From Psammoneis japonica (taxonomy: Eukaryota): 64,000 nucleotides of DNA. A program made the position numbers and the translations under genes. The notes beneath the pieces are model-generated. The model did no database searches, had not been told where the DNA came from, and was given only the letters and a program-made list of their open reading frames with translations. Of the stretch, positions 37,214 to 49,600 are shown piece after piece (position 1 is the stretch's first letter; every line of letters begins with the position of its first letter). Location: the NCBI GenBank assembly GCA_008632985.1, contig QPGO01000272.1, forward strand, positions 1 to 64,000, in the 5' to 3' direction.

Positions 37214-38626
37214 GACGGCGGTTTAAAGCTGTCTTTGACTGGCTTGACTAAAATGACAAAGGGCAATGTGTGATGACTCAAAAAAGTCAAGCAAGCAAAA
37301 ATTCGCCTCTGTGTGCGGCACAACCTTGTTCCTTGTTGCGTCCTCCGTTTTGTGCATGGCATGAAATTTGCACCGCACATGGGGCACAATTGCTCAGAAG
37401 ATGACCTTCCACATCAGCGTTGTCGTCATGCACGGCATCCCACACTGTTTGACGACCTGCCACTGAGATGGATCTTGCAGCCAAGACTCCAAGCCAAGCA
37501 AGGAGAGGACCTCCTTGACTGGACCGAGAGTCACTGTGCGAGTGCAGCAGCGAAACAGGTTGAAGGACGGATGGTGGACGAGACGAGTGGAAACGAGGCC
37601 AGCCCAAGGGATCCCTCATTGTCTGGCAGGACAGGAGACACCACGGTGCTGCCGAGGCATCTCCAAGGAGATGCCAATGATGAAAATTGAAAGGTGTCTT
37701 TCTCCTCCCTGTCAGTCCATGCTGAAAATCCCTGACGTGGTCTGCCTGTGCAGTCGGGAGTGTCTCGTGCATTCGCGCTGTTGTTGCCACGCCATCTTGG
37801 TGCCATGATCCTGTGGGGATGCACCTCCCACCTTTCCTCTGTCAATGCTGACTAAGGTCACACCATTTTTGGTGCCATGACATGTGGGCATTGCCCCAAA
37901 TCCTGATTGGGTCTGCTTGCAGTGGGGACCGCTTCGGCAGCCGGGGATTGTCTCGCACTCTGGCCTGCTTTGCCACACCTCTCAATGGTGCCTCTTTCTC
38001 ACAAGGAGTGCACCCTCATGCATGCGGCCCAAGTGCCATCAAAGTCCCACATGGGCAATGTCAGTGTGGCTTTTCAGTTCATTTGCTGCTCTTTTTTCAC
38101 AAGCGCCCATGTTGGCCCCTCTTTTCACCGCTTTGCGGCCCATGGTCATCACCTTTCCTCTCGGCGTGTCCAATTTTCCTCCTCTCGCTGAGACACAGCA
38201 TGTGTGGATGCGTGTGTTCACATGCTGCATTGCACTGGGAATGTCCCAGCCATCTGGCCAACACTGATCACACGTGTGCATGTGCATCCTCGGGAGGGTT
38301 TGGTCAAAATGAAAATTGCCACCATGTTTTCAGAGTTTTCTCATTTTTCCCGCGACATGCACGCAGTCACGATGATGAATGGTGATGGAAACCAACCCGT
38401 CACATGTGGGACCAAACACCAGATTCATCCTTGTCTTCATTCATTGGATGAGCACAGGAATCAGATGGGGTCACATTCTTGGAGCCGACATGACATCGGT
38501 CAATGCGCTTGTCGTTCCTGAGCAATTTCACATGCTGGTCACCTTCACTTCCCAGCGTGTTTGCTCTCACTTTTCCTTTTTAGAGATTGGACAAGCCTTT
38601 GCTTTCTGACATTCTGTTGTTCCACC

Positions 38627-40900
38627 ATGAGCCAAGCCCATGTTGCTGCCATCAACCGTGGCAAGCTGTCTGCTGCCAAGCAGTTCTCTGCCTCTTTGCC
38701 CTCCTCTGCGGGTGTGATCAAGTCCATCTCAACAACGGTCCACCGTGACACCCAGAAGGAGCTTCGTGACCATGTTTTCACAACTTTTTGCCTTTTTTTA
38801 CATGGTCTGTAATTGCAAGATCGCGGTTGTGGTGAAACCTTGCCCCAGGCAGCATGCTGATGGGAACTTGAGGTGGATTGGGAGCTTCTCGGATGCGATC
38901 GGTGAGGCTGTCCCAATGTCCGGCCATTGGACTCGTTTCCAAGGCCATGTCACCACTTCAGTTCCCCAAGGTGCCATGGATGCTTGCCACCTGCCCAAGT
39001 GCGAACCAAGCCCTGACAAAATTGGTGGTCCTGTCGGCAACGACGGCACCAGCAAACCAGCATTGATGGGTTGTCTCCATTTTGGGAATCCCACTGGACC
39101 GGCTGATCGCCCTGCCATTGTTGTGCTCCTGCTTTTCCCACCTGTCCCTGCAGGCATCACTCTTCTCATTGACTCTAACCCAGCAAACCACCCAGCATCC
39201 CTTTCTTCTAACTTTTTGCTCAGAGCGGTGTGGGCCAAGGGCATGGACTGGTTGCTGCAGCACAATGCTTCTGTCTCCGTTGCGGAAGGCGGCCCTGTGT
39301 TTGAGCAGACTGGCTTTGCTGTCGTTGATGAATTTGCAGGCCTGGAGGTCTGCAATCTTGATGATGATGATGTGCAGATGCTCCAACCTCTCATGGATTG
39401 GGTGCACTCTAGTCAAGGGCACGATGGATGCCTTTGCGAATGAGACCTGGAGGCAGCTTGGTGGTGACGAGCCTGCGCAGGCGCAATCTCCCGCCACTCC
39501 AGCCCAGGGTGCCAACTGTCTGGTCCCGAGCCATGCCATCAATGTCCCTTGCCAGGATTCAAAGAAGGAGTTGGATCAGAAGTTGAGGGCGCATGACATT
39601 GGTTGCCGCTGGTCTCCATGTGCGTTCTGAGCGACTGCTGGCACTGGTCCTGAGGACCTGCCCATGATCATTGTCAGCAAGCTTGCAGACCATGCAGCCA
39701 AGATCCTACAAGACACTTTGGCTGCCAACACCAACCAAGACCTTGCGGACCTTGTTAAGATGGCTGTTGTTGCATCGGCTCAGGGTGATGGCAGTCTTGA
39801 TGCTGGAGTGGACTGCAAGCACACGGTCGTCAACAAAGCCTGTGCAGATTGTTTCCGCGGCTTTGACGTGGCTGCGGAGCCTCCACAGCACAGCCAGGCT
39901 TCTTGCCACACAAAGCCATCAATCCTCCCCTTTCTTCCGCCAAAGACTGCATCATCTTCTTTTGCTGGCCTTGAGGAGGAAGGGAGGATGCTCCATCGGG
40001 TGCTTGCTGACGGATCGGACTGCAAGATTCCCGACGAGACGTGAAGGCGAGTGACCTTTACATCCAAGGGAGGATGGATGCCGCTGGCAATCTGTGGTCA
40101 GCACTGTGCAACTTTCATTGTGTCTTCAGTTGTTGGATCAAAGACTTTGACAATGCTGAGTCATGGAAATCGTTGGATGCACGTGCAAAGGTTCTTTGGT
40201 CGCATCCAGGCCTCACGTGGCTCAAGAATCTCAAGGACCCAAAACCAGTTGTTGCCAGCATCCTGGATGATTTCCAGACCATCATCAAGGTCCATTTTGA
40301 GATTGGGGACTCTCCATTGTACCGCCAGGCGGTTGAAACCGAGCACCCACTGAGCTGTCAGATTGCAAAGGATGCTCATGCTTTAGTTGAGTCCCTCATC
40401 GCGGATCTCAACACGGCGATCACACGGGGTGAGCCTCTCGCCTTTGCCGAAGCATCTGCATTGGCCCTTGTCCCTCTGGGTGGCTCTGTGTTCCCCCCTC
40501 CTGGAGAAACAAAGAATGCTGAGACCAAGTCTGGTCAACCTCCTAAGAAGAAGCCGCGTGCAGAGGACACTGCTGACAGTGCGGCCAAGCTCTGCAAGGC
40601 AATGGGCATGCTCACTTTTTTGGGAATGAGGCGCCCTCCTGCCTGTCCAGTTTTTTATAAGAAGAATGGATCAGACCAGGAAGAACGTGTCTGCATGCAT
40701 TTCTGCACCAAGGGACACTGCTGCAAGTTCCCCAACTGTCCAAAACCACACCCATTGCAGGCATTCAAGATTCTGGAGGCAAAGCGAGAAGCCTTTTGCC
40801 AATTCATCAGGGATGCTCAGGGTCTCAAATTTGTCCCTGGCAAGGGCCCAGATGGTGCGTCCCAAACAAATTCGAAGCCTCTGGTCTTCTGCACTGTCCC
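38627..40900 (+). pseudogene. Putative gag-like ORF1 of the YR element
   Basis: Position upstream of RT; broken frames ending in CMHFCTKGHCCKFPNCPKPH (CCCH-like finger). Confidence 0.5.
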
Positions 40901-41164
40901 TCATTGCGCCACCAATGCAGTGTTGCTTGAACTGTTCTGTCAATTTTTGATTGGTCTGTGTCATCCCGGACAGGTCGGTCCATCTCATCGCAACGGATGT
41001 CAACAATGACAGCGATCCGGAGCATGAGGTCACAGATGCAGAGCCAGAAGAGACTGGGATGAGCATTGGAGATGCGATCCCAGCTGCAGATGCTGCACTC
41101 ACCATGTCTGTGACGGAACCACACCCGAGCCCATGCTGGTGCACTGTCACGCCACAGCCACCAG

Positions 41165-44100
41165 TTGATGAAAACGACCACATTTGAGCTGTTCCCAACA
41201 TTTTCCATGGTCCATGAGAAGAAGGGAACGGATTTGATTCCCACAACAATCAACAACGGCTTCAATGAGGCCGCTCATGAGCACTTTGCCAATGCGGAAC
41301 TTTCGCTGGGCGTGCATGCCAAATTGGACCAAAAATTTGGCAAGGAAAATTTGAACCAATGTTTTTTGTTGGAAATGTGTTTGCGTCATGTGCTGCCACC
41401 ACTGTTGAAATCAGGTCATTTGTTGCCACCAGAAAACTTCGTGAGTGACTTGTCCACACAAATCGTCTTCAGTGACGATTGGGAGAACTTTGGCGTGGCT
41501 GTCCCGGAAGCAGCCAAGTTCATGCGCCTCATCCGAGAGCATGGCAACACCAACTTCAACACTCTGCAAGGCTGTCCCGGCCCAAGGGATGGCAAAAGGA
41601 GACAGTGGTCAACAGCGAACAAGCTGCGATGACAACTGCCGCACTGCTGCATTTTGATCGTGACCCTGCAAACCTGGTTCGTTGGGTTGGCGGACCTCAT
41701 GTCAGTGAACACCGGCACACGGAGAAGATGCTCCATTTCATGCAAGGTTGTGCACCAGAAAATGTGGTCCAACACGTCTGCCGCATCTTCCAGGACGGGG
41801 CACCAGCAAAATGCAACACTGGCATTTTGGAAGCAAACTTCCAAGCAGTGATGCAATGCAGCAACCACAAGACTGTGGATGCCGTGCCTGAAAAAACATT
41901 GGCAGCAGTCGCCAAAGACAATCGGAAGGGATTTACACCATCATTCAATCAGCGCCTTGCACCGCGCTTGCTGAATTGCCTCCCAACCCCACAAGGGATG
42001 GTGGATCTTGACAAGAAACACAAGAACCCCCACCCCATCTTCAACAGCATGATGCATGCCATGCCGGGTGGCACGGCAATTGACGACACACTTGATCTGA
42101 AAAATGAACCACCAATCACCTTCCCATCAGCAGAAATGGACTTCATGGTGTGGTTGTGGAACATGAGAATCTCTTGCCCAAACGAGGAGATCTGTCTTGG
42201 CAATGATGATGTGAGTGGGGCCTTTTGAAACATGAAACACCACCCGAACCTTGTTGGAATGCATGCCAGTGTCCAATGCAGACTCGGGGTCCTTCAGACG
42301 GGTTGCACCTTTGGCGGCAAGACCAACCCAAGCAACTGGGACGCTGTTGTGAATGCAAGACAATGCCCAGCTCAGTGCTTTTGGCTTGTCCCTGACGTTG
42401 TGGAGCTCGCTTGTCAGTGCTTGCCGACGACGTCATTTGCCGACAAACCTGCTGCCAAGGAGATTGCATCCTTCAGTCCAGCGGAAGCCAATGCCATCAA
42501 TCCAGGAGTTTTCATCGATGGCAACAATTTTCATTGCATGGACACATGCGACTTGATGAACCACACTGTCACAGCAAGTGCTTTGGTGGCATGTGTCCTG
42601 TTGGGGTTCCCATGAGATGAAACTCCAGATTTTCTCAGCAAAGAGAAGCTGGGCACATTGTGCTTGCACCTGCGGCGAGCCCTTGGAAGATGCTTCAACT
42701 CCAGAGTGCTCTGGGTGGGCATGCTCCCCTGCAAGCGAGAGCAGTTCCTTGAAACTCTGCGAGAGTGGCTCGACAAACAACGCTGCACACTTTTAGATGC
42801 AGCGACCCTGAGTGGACAATGTGAACTCCACACAAGGCATTGTCCGTGGGCTCAGCCAAATTTTTTTGCACTCCAAAACTAACTCCATGCATCGGGCCAT
42901 GGTCATCCAATGTGCCGTTGTCAAACGCATCATGGAGAGATGAAATTTCAAATTAAATTTTGAAGCTCAACTGCTGAGTCATCTCCGGAACAGGCTGCCA
43001 AGCTTGCTTGCACATGCCCAGGCTCAGCTCATCTGCAAGCTGAATCGAGATTCTGATGACCTCCGATGTGATGGATGTGATCAAGGACACTGCACCCCAC
43101 ATTGAATCAACACCGGAGCCACAGACAGCGCCGATTGGGTGTGTCACACCACGGGTGCCCCATTGCCAAGCAATTGGAGATGCTGCTGGCAATGTGGGTG
43201 GAGGTTTTGGTTTGCATTTCTCTGGGGACCAAAAATCACAAAAGGACTGTGGATGCGGAAGTGCAACACACAGCCACCAACAAGAGTCAACGCATCACGG
43301 CAACGTGTTGCAGCCTTTAAATGTCACAAAGGGCGTGACAAAAGTGACCTTTTGTCTGCATGCATGCTGCATCATGAATTCACAGTGGAGTGGTTCATCG
43401 CAACCATCAGGCAGGAGGCCAGGGGTTCGAAACCCTGAGTGGGAGTTGTCTGCAGCAACGTTGATCACTGTCGAACGCGCAAAACTCTGTGCAGTTCTGC
43501 ATGTTCCTTCGTACGCACCCACACTGTTCCACCAAAACCGTGCAGTGTCAGCACATGCCAGTAAAGAGCCGCACGGACGCGTGACACATGGGGAGGAGTG
43601 CAATGTGCAGCTGCCAACAAGAGCCAATGCATCACGACGATGTGTTGCAGCCTTCAAATGTCACAAAGGGCATGACAAAAACAACCTTTTGTCTGCATGC
43701 ATGCTGCAGAAGTCCTCAGACCCGGACCACGTCCATGTCAATGCTGCAGAGTTCATTGTCATCATCCTCAAGCTTGCAGCTGCAATTGTTTGCATGGAGA
43801 CTGTGAGCCCTGAACGGGCACGCGAGTTCTTCCGGGACGGTGTTGTCCCGTTGCACCTGGTCATCCGGAGTTGCTCCGATGACATGGCATCGGCGAACAG
43901 ATTGAACAAAGCCACATCAAAGTCACCACAGGGGCAACGATTTATTTGGGTTTTTTGTGAATTGCTGCTTCGAGCGCGTGCCAACTTCAATGGCGACCAT
44001 GTCTTTGGTGACAAAAATTTTGTCACTGATGACATCTCACAACCTTCTGTTTTCACCTTGATCTCGAATTACAACCATTCTGAACAGCTGTTTTGGAAGC

Positions 44101-44264
44101 ATCCTTTTCTGAAGACCTGGGGCTGTTTCCAGCCAAGCCAAGAGCTGCTGCAGCCCCTCTCCTCTCAGCTGTCTGCCAAGCACAGAATGGCACCCCAGAT
44201 CCCAAGCGACTTGGGACAGCTCGTTCCCACCGAGTCCATTTCCTCTGCTTTCACAAGAGTGTGA
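41165..44264 (+). pseudogene. Reverse transcriptase + RNase H of the YR element
   Basis: WLWNMRISCPNEEICLGNDDVSGAF..HHPN...GCTFGGKTNPSNW (RT); GDAAGNVGGGF, HVNAAEF, SDDMAS, HVFGDKNFVTDDIS (DIRS-type RNase H). Confidence 0.8.
43262..43708 (+). mobile_element. 447-bp TRIM-like miniature LTR element inserted in the RNase H region
   Basis: 110-bp direct repeats 43262-43371 and 43599-43708 with TG...CA ends; PPT GGGGAGGAG before the second repeat; 4-bp TSD GAAG; excision restores GLWMRK-SSDPDHVHVN. Confidence 0.85.
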
Positions 44265-44265
44265 G

Positions 44266-45345
44266 GTGGCACCTGGGGGATCCAGACATGACTGTGGTTG
44301 GCAAGGACCTCAAGCATTGTCAACTGGTGCTGGCTGTGTGTGCATTGCATCCAGCTGCCGCGGCGCCACCCTCCACTGCAAAAACATCTCTGCTGGTGCC
44401 ATCAATGAGCACATCCACAACATCTCTGTGTTTGTGTCTTTGTTTGGTTCCACCTGCCGGGACGTCCGCAAGGATGACAGTGTGGACACAAAAATGGGGT
44501 GGATCCTCAGGGGAGCATTTGATGAGCTCCAATGGTGCGACAAGGTCCTGGAGCGATGCGAGTCATGCACATTGCTCATGCAACAACGTGCAAGTTTGAC
44601 AGCAGCAGACATGCAAGAAACAGACCCCGGCACAATTGAGGTGGTCCTCGCTGACTGCTGGTTTGAGATCGGCCTGATGGCAGGATTGCGCAGTGTTGAG
44701 TGGGCACAGCCCAGTGACCACTCAGACCTGGAGAATCCCAGGCCCAACATCTTCAAGGAGACACATGCATTCTGCCTCAATGACATGTGCGTCAAGACCA
44801 AGGACAAGTGCCGACACACTGGGGCTGGTTGCCTTGCCCCCCAGCAAGATGACATCAAGAGCATGCATGTCAGGTTTCGAGCCCAGAAGAACTTGCAACA
44901 TGGCGAGGAGCGCCAGTTTGCCTTGAACATCATGGGCACACACGACTTGGTCAAGCCGATGCTTCACCTGATCTGACGCTTTGTGCGGACATGCAGAAAA
45001 GAGGACAAAACTTGCCCTCTTGCCCTCCATTTCAATCCCAAGGAGAGCGAGTGTCGCCTTGTGACATCCAAGAAAATTGAGGCCCACATGCACTGGATTG
45101 CTGCGGAGGTGCACCACCTCAACCCAGCAAAGGATGAAAAGGCGGTCAGCAAATGGCCAGTGCATTCCCTCCATGTTGGAGCCTGTGACATCCTCCATGA
45201 GATGAATTTCAGTGCTGAGCAGATCAAATGGCTGCCAAGATGGCAATCCGATGCCTTTGTGGCGCACCTCCACAACTGCTTGGGTCTTTTTCAGGCCCAT
45301 TGCCGAGCCCTCGACATGGCAGCACCTGTGCCATTCTTCGATTGA
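44266..45345 (+). pseudogene. Tyrosine recombinase of the YR element
   Basis: AGLRSVEW, FRAQKN, HSLHVGA (HxxR box with R->H), RWQSDAFVAHLH (catalytic Tyr position reads His). Confidence 0.85.
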
Positions 45346-46674
45346 TTTGCTTTCTTGCTGTTTGCACACATCTGCTCCACATTTGTCCTCTCTGTGCAGC
45401 GTCATTTGCCACACTGTCGTCTTTCTGCATCGGACATTCCAAAATTGAAATTTCAAAATTTCATTCTGACTGGCACATGAGTTGAAAATGCGCATGATCA
45501 AGAGGAACATTTGTTTGTCCCTCATGTCCAAAAATGATCATTTTTTTCCGGTTGGCTCTGCCTCCAATGACACGGGCACTGTTGCAATGCTTGCAGCATT
45601 CCGCGTCAGCAGCATGGTCTGTGGTGCTCAGTGAAAAAGGGAGCCAATTGCTTGGCACCGGCAATTCCAAGCCTGGCCCCACACCCCAATTGCTCCAACT
45701 GCTGGTGACTGTTTTCATCGTGGCAAATGCTGTGAGTCTGCACACGGCCATGAACATCGTGCACGCACTGGACGACCTCCATGTGATTGCATCGATCGAC
45801 AAGAGACACTTCCACTGTGCCACGTCATCAGAGTTCAGACAGCCAAGGCGGAGGTGGGGAATCCATGGGATTCTCGTAGCCAAGACTCCAAGCCAAGCAA
45901 GAAGAGGACCTCCCTGACTGGACTGAGAGTTGCCACGTGAGCGCAGTGGCAAAATGGTCTGGCACAGGATGGGAGACACCATGGTGCTGTCGAGGCATCT
46001 CCAAGGAGATGCCAACGATGAAAATTGAAAAACCCACCTCCCCCTCCCCTGCACACAGTGAAAAAGGGAGCCAGTTGCTTGGCACTGGCGATTCCAAGCC
46101 TGGTCCCATGCCCTGGTTGCCCCACCTGTGCCAGCGACTGTCTTCATCGTGGCAAACACTGTGAGTCCACACATGGCTGTGAACATTGCACATGCACCAG
46201 ACAACCTCCATGTGATTGCATTGATCAACAAGAGACGCTTCCACTGTGCCATGTCATCGGAGTGCAGACAGCCGAGGCAGAGGCAGGGAATCCGTGGGAT
46301 TCGGATCGCCGGATCGACTCCTTCACAACCCATTAAAATGTTGGTCCATCGAGTCAAAAAGTTGATCCGTGGCCTTCGTCGGACTGCACCCCTGAGCAGG
46401 AGGGTTCTTGTGTCAATTGGTTGGGTGTGCAGTGCTTGGTTGATTGCATGCAATGGTTCGAATTGTCTGTGCAGCGCTTGCACGCTCGCAATGCAGACAC
46501 TCGGATTTTGTGGGTGTGTTTCAGTCGCTTTGAGATTTCCGAGAACCCCCCCACACCGCGACAACTCTGCGCACGGTCAAACCATTTCAACTTTTCGCAA
46601 GCTGCCGCCAATGCGGCCAACAACAGAGAAGCACTGTTTGAAGTCCCTTTTCCCTCATCTTTTACAAGACAACC

Positions 46675-49600
46675 ATGCCTCCAAAGAAGAACAGCCACAA
46701 GAAGTTGCACCAGCCTGAAAAAGAGCAAATCAAAAGGCAAGTCGCTCGCCAGAAGCGAAAGAGAGAATCAACTGTAGCTGAGCGTGAGAAGGAAAGGAAG
46801 AACTCGAAAAGGCGGTCAAGCAGGACTTCTTGTGCCACTGGAGCATCTCTTGTTGCCACATCCCTTACAAACACCTTTCGCAAAATGAGAGACAATGGGA
46901 AAAGCAACCTGTCGTCTGTGATGAGAAAGATTCATCACAATTTTGACGTGCATTGGAATCAACAGCAACGGCAAGATGGAAGAACCAAGCCAAGGAGATC
47001 TTCTCATCTGTCGAATGAAACCAAGGACACGCAAGAGTCTAAAGACAGGAGTGGCACCCCTGCAGTCCCCACTTCATGGCGAAGAATGGTCACAGAAGAG
47101 ATCATGATGCTGCCGGTCAAAACACCCGTCCTCATCAAGGTTCCAAACAATCATCCATCTTTGAAGGTTGCGAATTCAGCCATCAGGTCGACTGCAGATC
47201 ATGACAGTGCCAAAGTTGCATTTCGTGGTCGTGGAAGCTCCTGCCACGAGCTGTCTGGAGCAGTGCGAACAAATCCTCAACAAGGTTCAGCAGTCAAGCG
47301 GCAAATGCCACCGCAGCAGATGAATGAATGTGTTGCAAAAGGAGAAGGACTGACACTTTCCTTTCTGGGGATTCCGCATGACGTTCAACTCAAATGGACG
47401 GACTTTCATGCATTTGGTGACGACCCCATTGTCAGACTGGAGCTGTGGTGTGATGCCAACAATCCCACCCTGGTGAGCTTTTTTGAAAGCTTTAAAAATG
47501 AGAATGCCAACAGACGCGACGCTCTGCACAGTGCACTCGCTGAGGAACTAGACGGCAACCGACTGTTGCTGTCACTGTTGTCTCTTGACAAAGTTGGAGC
47601 CGACCATCATGCTGCAGAAAGTGACCTTAGAAAGCTACAAGCAAAAGAAGAATTTCTTCGAGCATCGCTGGCAGGTCCCGATGTGATGAAAGTGCCAGAC
47701 AAGGTGAACGAAACATGCAGGTCTGCTTTGGAGCAAAGCCATGGAAACCATGTTGTGCTGTCAGAACCCATCTTGTCACTCTCTCAAGTGGACAATCTGG
47801 CATCATACCTTCGGACAACAGCTGCTGCTGCTCACGCCGCAATTTCACGACTTCTTGGGTTCGACATCCGGAAGAACAATGCTCGCAAGCAGCTGCGATG
47901 TGGAGCAGAGCAAAGAGCTGTTCTTTGTTGCTTCCTTGCAATGTGCCGTGTCTGCAACAATTCAAGTGCAGTGTTCTGGGCAGCAATCCGTCATGCCGCT
48001 GGACTTGCTAGATCAGAAAGTGATGCTGTCAATCGATTCGAGTCATTCTTTGGAACGTCAATCACAAAGACCACTTGGGAGCAGCGAACAAAGGAGTTTG
48101 CAGACTCGCATGCTTCACGATTGTCCGCGATGCTCCGGGAATCCAATCGTTGCATGTTTGCATTCGACAACTCCCAGGCGGGAGAGAAGAAGAAGGATCA
48201 GCATGAAGGTAGCTCAAGCTCATTCTGGGAGGCAACGACAGAGGTTCTGAAGAAAATCCATGCACACATGGGACCCGAGTGCCTGGATCAGATGCATGAC
48301 AGACCGGAGCTTGCACATGTCGATCAAAGCATCCCGTCACCACTGGGCATGCCTCCCCATGAGAAAGTCAATGGAAGTGACGAGATGGTTGCGGTTCTAA
48401 CGGATCCAGCAAAGTGGGAGGGATGCGAAGAATGAATGAGCGCTGTCGACAGCTCGGGGAATCGGATGGAAGCCCACATTCGATTGCTGCGAACTGCCCA
48501 GATTCTGACCTCGATCCATCAAAAGGGCTCGCTTGAAGACAAAGAATGGGCTCACATGCCAAAGGAGCATCTCGAAAGTGAAGAGCGCCGAGCAATCGTC
48601 AAGTCATTCCATCAGATGCGAGTGGGGTTGCTGTCTGCAGCAGCGAAGTTTCAGCAAAGGACGGTCTGTTCGTGGAATGAGTTCGAAGAACTGGCCGATG
48701 CGTTTGCCATTCTGCCGCTCTCGTCACGAATCGAGGGAACAACATTTGGGGCCGGCACCATTTTGCTTGACTTTCTTGTTCTTGCAGGTCTTCTCATCAA
48801 GGAAAAGGACACCACGACAGGGCATGTCTCATGGAAGGCGGCACCAAACACAGAAGAAAAGTGGGTCTATGTTGTTGGTGATTCACTGAGTTTGGACAAT
48901 CTGACGGCCTTCATCAAAATGCTGCACAAGTCAAAAGTGACGTTTGATGAGTGCCACTGCCAGATCCTTGAATTCGAGCGAGCCCTGGCAAGGATTGTTC
49001 CCGCACCTGGGGATTTGCATGTTGAGTTTCACACGCTTGGTCCAATGTTCCGATTGTTCTGTGGAGGATTCTTGCAACCGACACAGACCACTCTTGGGTG
49101 GAAGCGAATGAAACTCAAAGCAGCTGAGTGTTTCCAGCTTGCGGACAAGCTTTTCATGCTCGTCATGGGCGAAGTAGAGCGTTTGATGCTAGACACCTTC
49201 GAGGTGGAAAGGGGGGCCACGCTGGTGTCAGTGCTGTCACGTCTTGGGACGGAGAGATTTGCCATGTGCTGCACTCATCAATTTGATGCATGGTTGAAAC
49301 ATGTGCAGGAAACGTCGGATGATGAGATTTGGAAATTGCTGATTAACTTTGCTCACCTTGGATGGCAGTGCAAAATGCTTTCATCAGCACTTCGTTGTGG
49401 CAACAGCTGCACGACAGAACACCAGATTCAGTGGTGGGCACCAGTGTGGCTCAATCTTGGCAAGCATCGGCACTTCAAGCTGAGTCCATCACAAGCCGAG
49501 ACGCTGCACCGAGACCTGCCATTCGCCCTCCTGCAAGAAGTGCACACCAACCGAACGGCCAGGTTTTACGTGGGATGTGATAGAGACGGTCAGTCCACTC

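Larger units (their letters stand above)
37473..46302 (+). mobile_element. Tyrosine-recombinase (DIRS-order, Ngaro/PAT-type) retrotransposon with split direct repeats, degenerate
   Basis: Layout A1 (~37473-37710) - ORFs - B1 (45629-45873) - A2 (~45874-46050) - B2 (46056-46302); RT, RNase H and YR motifs in order; no TSD. Confidence 0.88.

Noticed and set aside
43375..43446. Functional tRNA gene
   Set aside because: No intact anticodon arm or acceptor stem; it sits inside a TRIM and is reported only as tRNA-like
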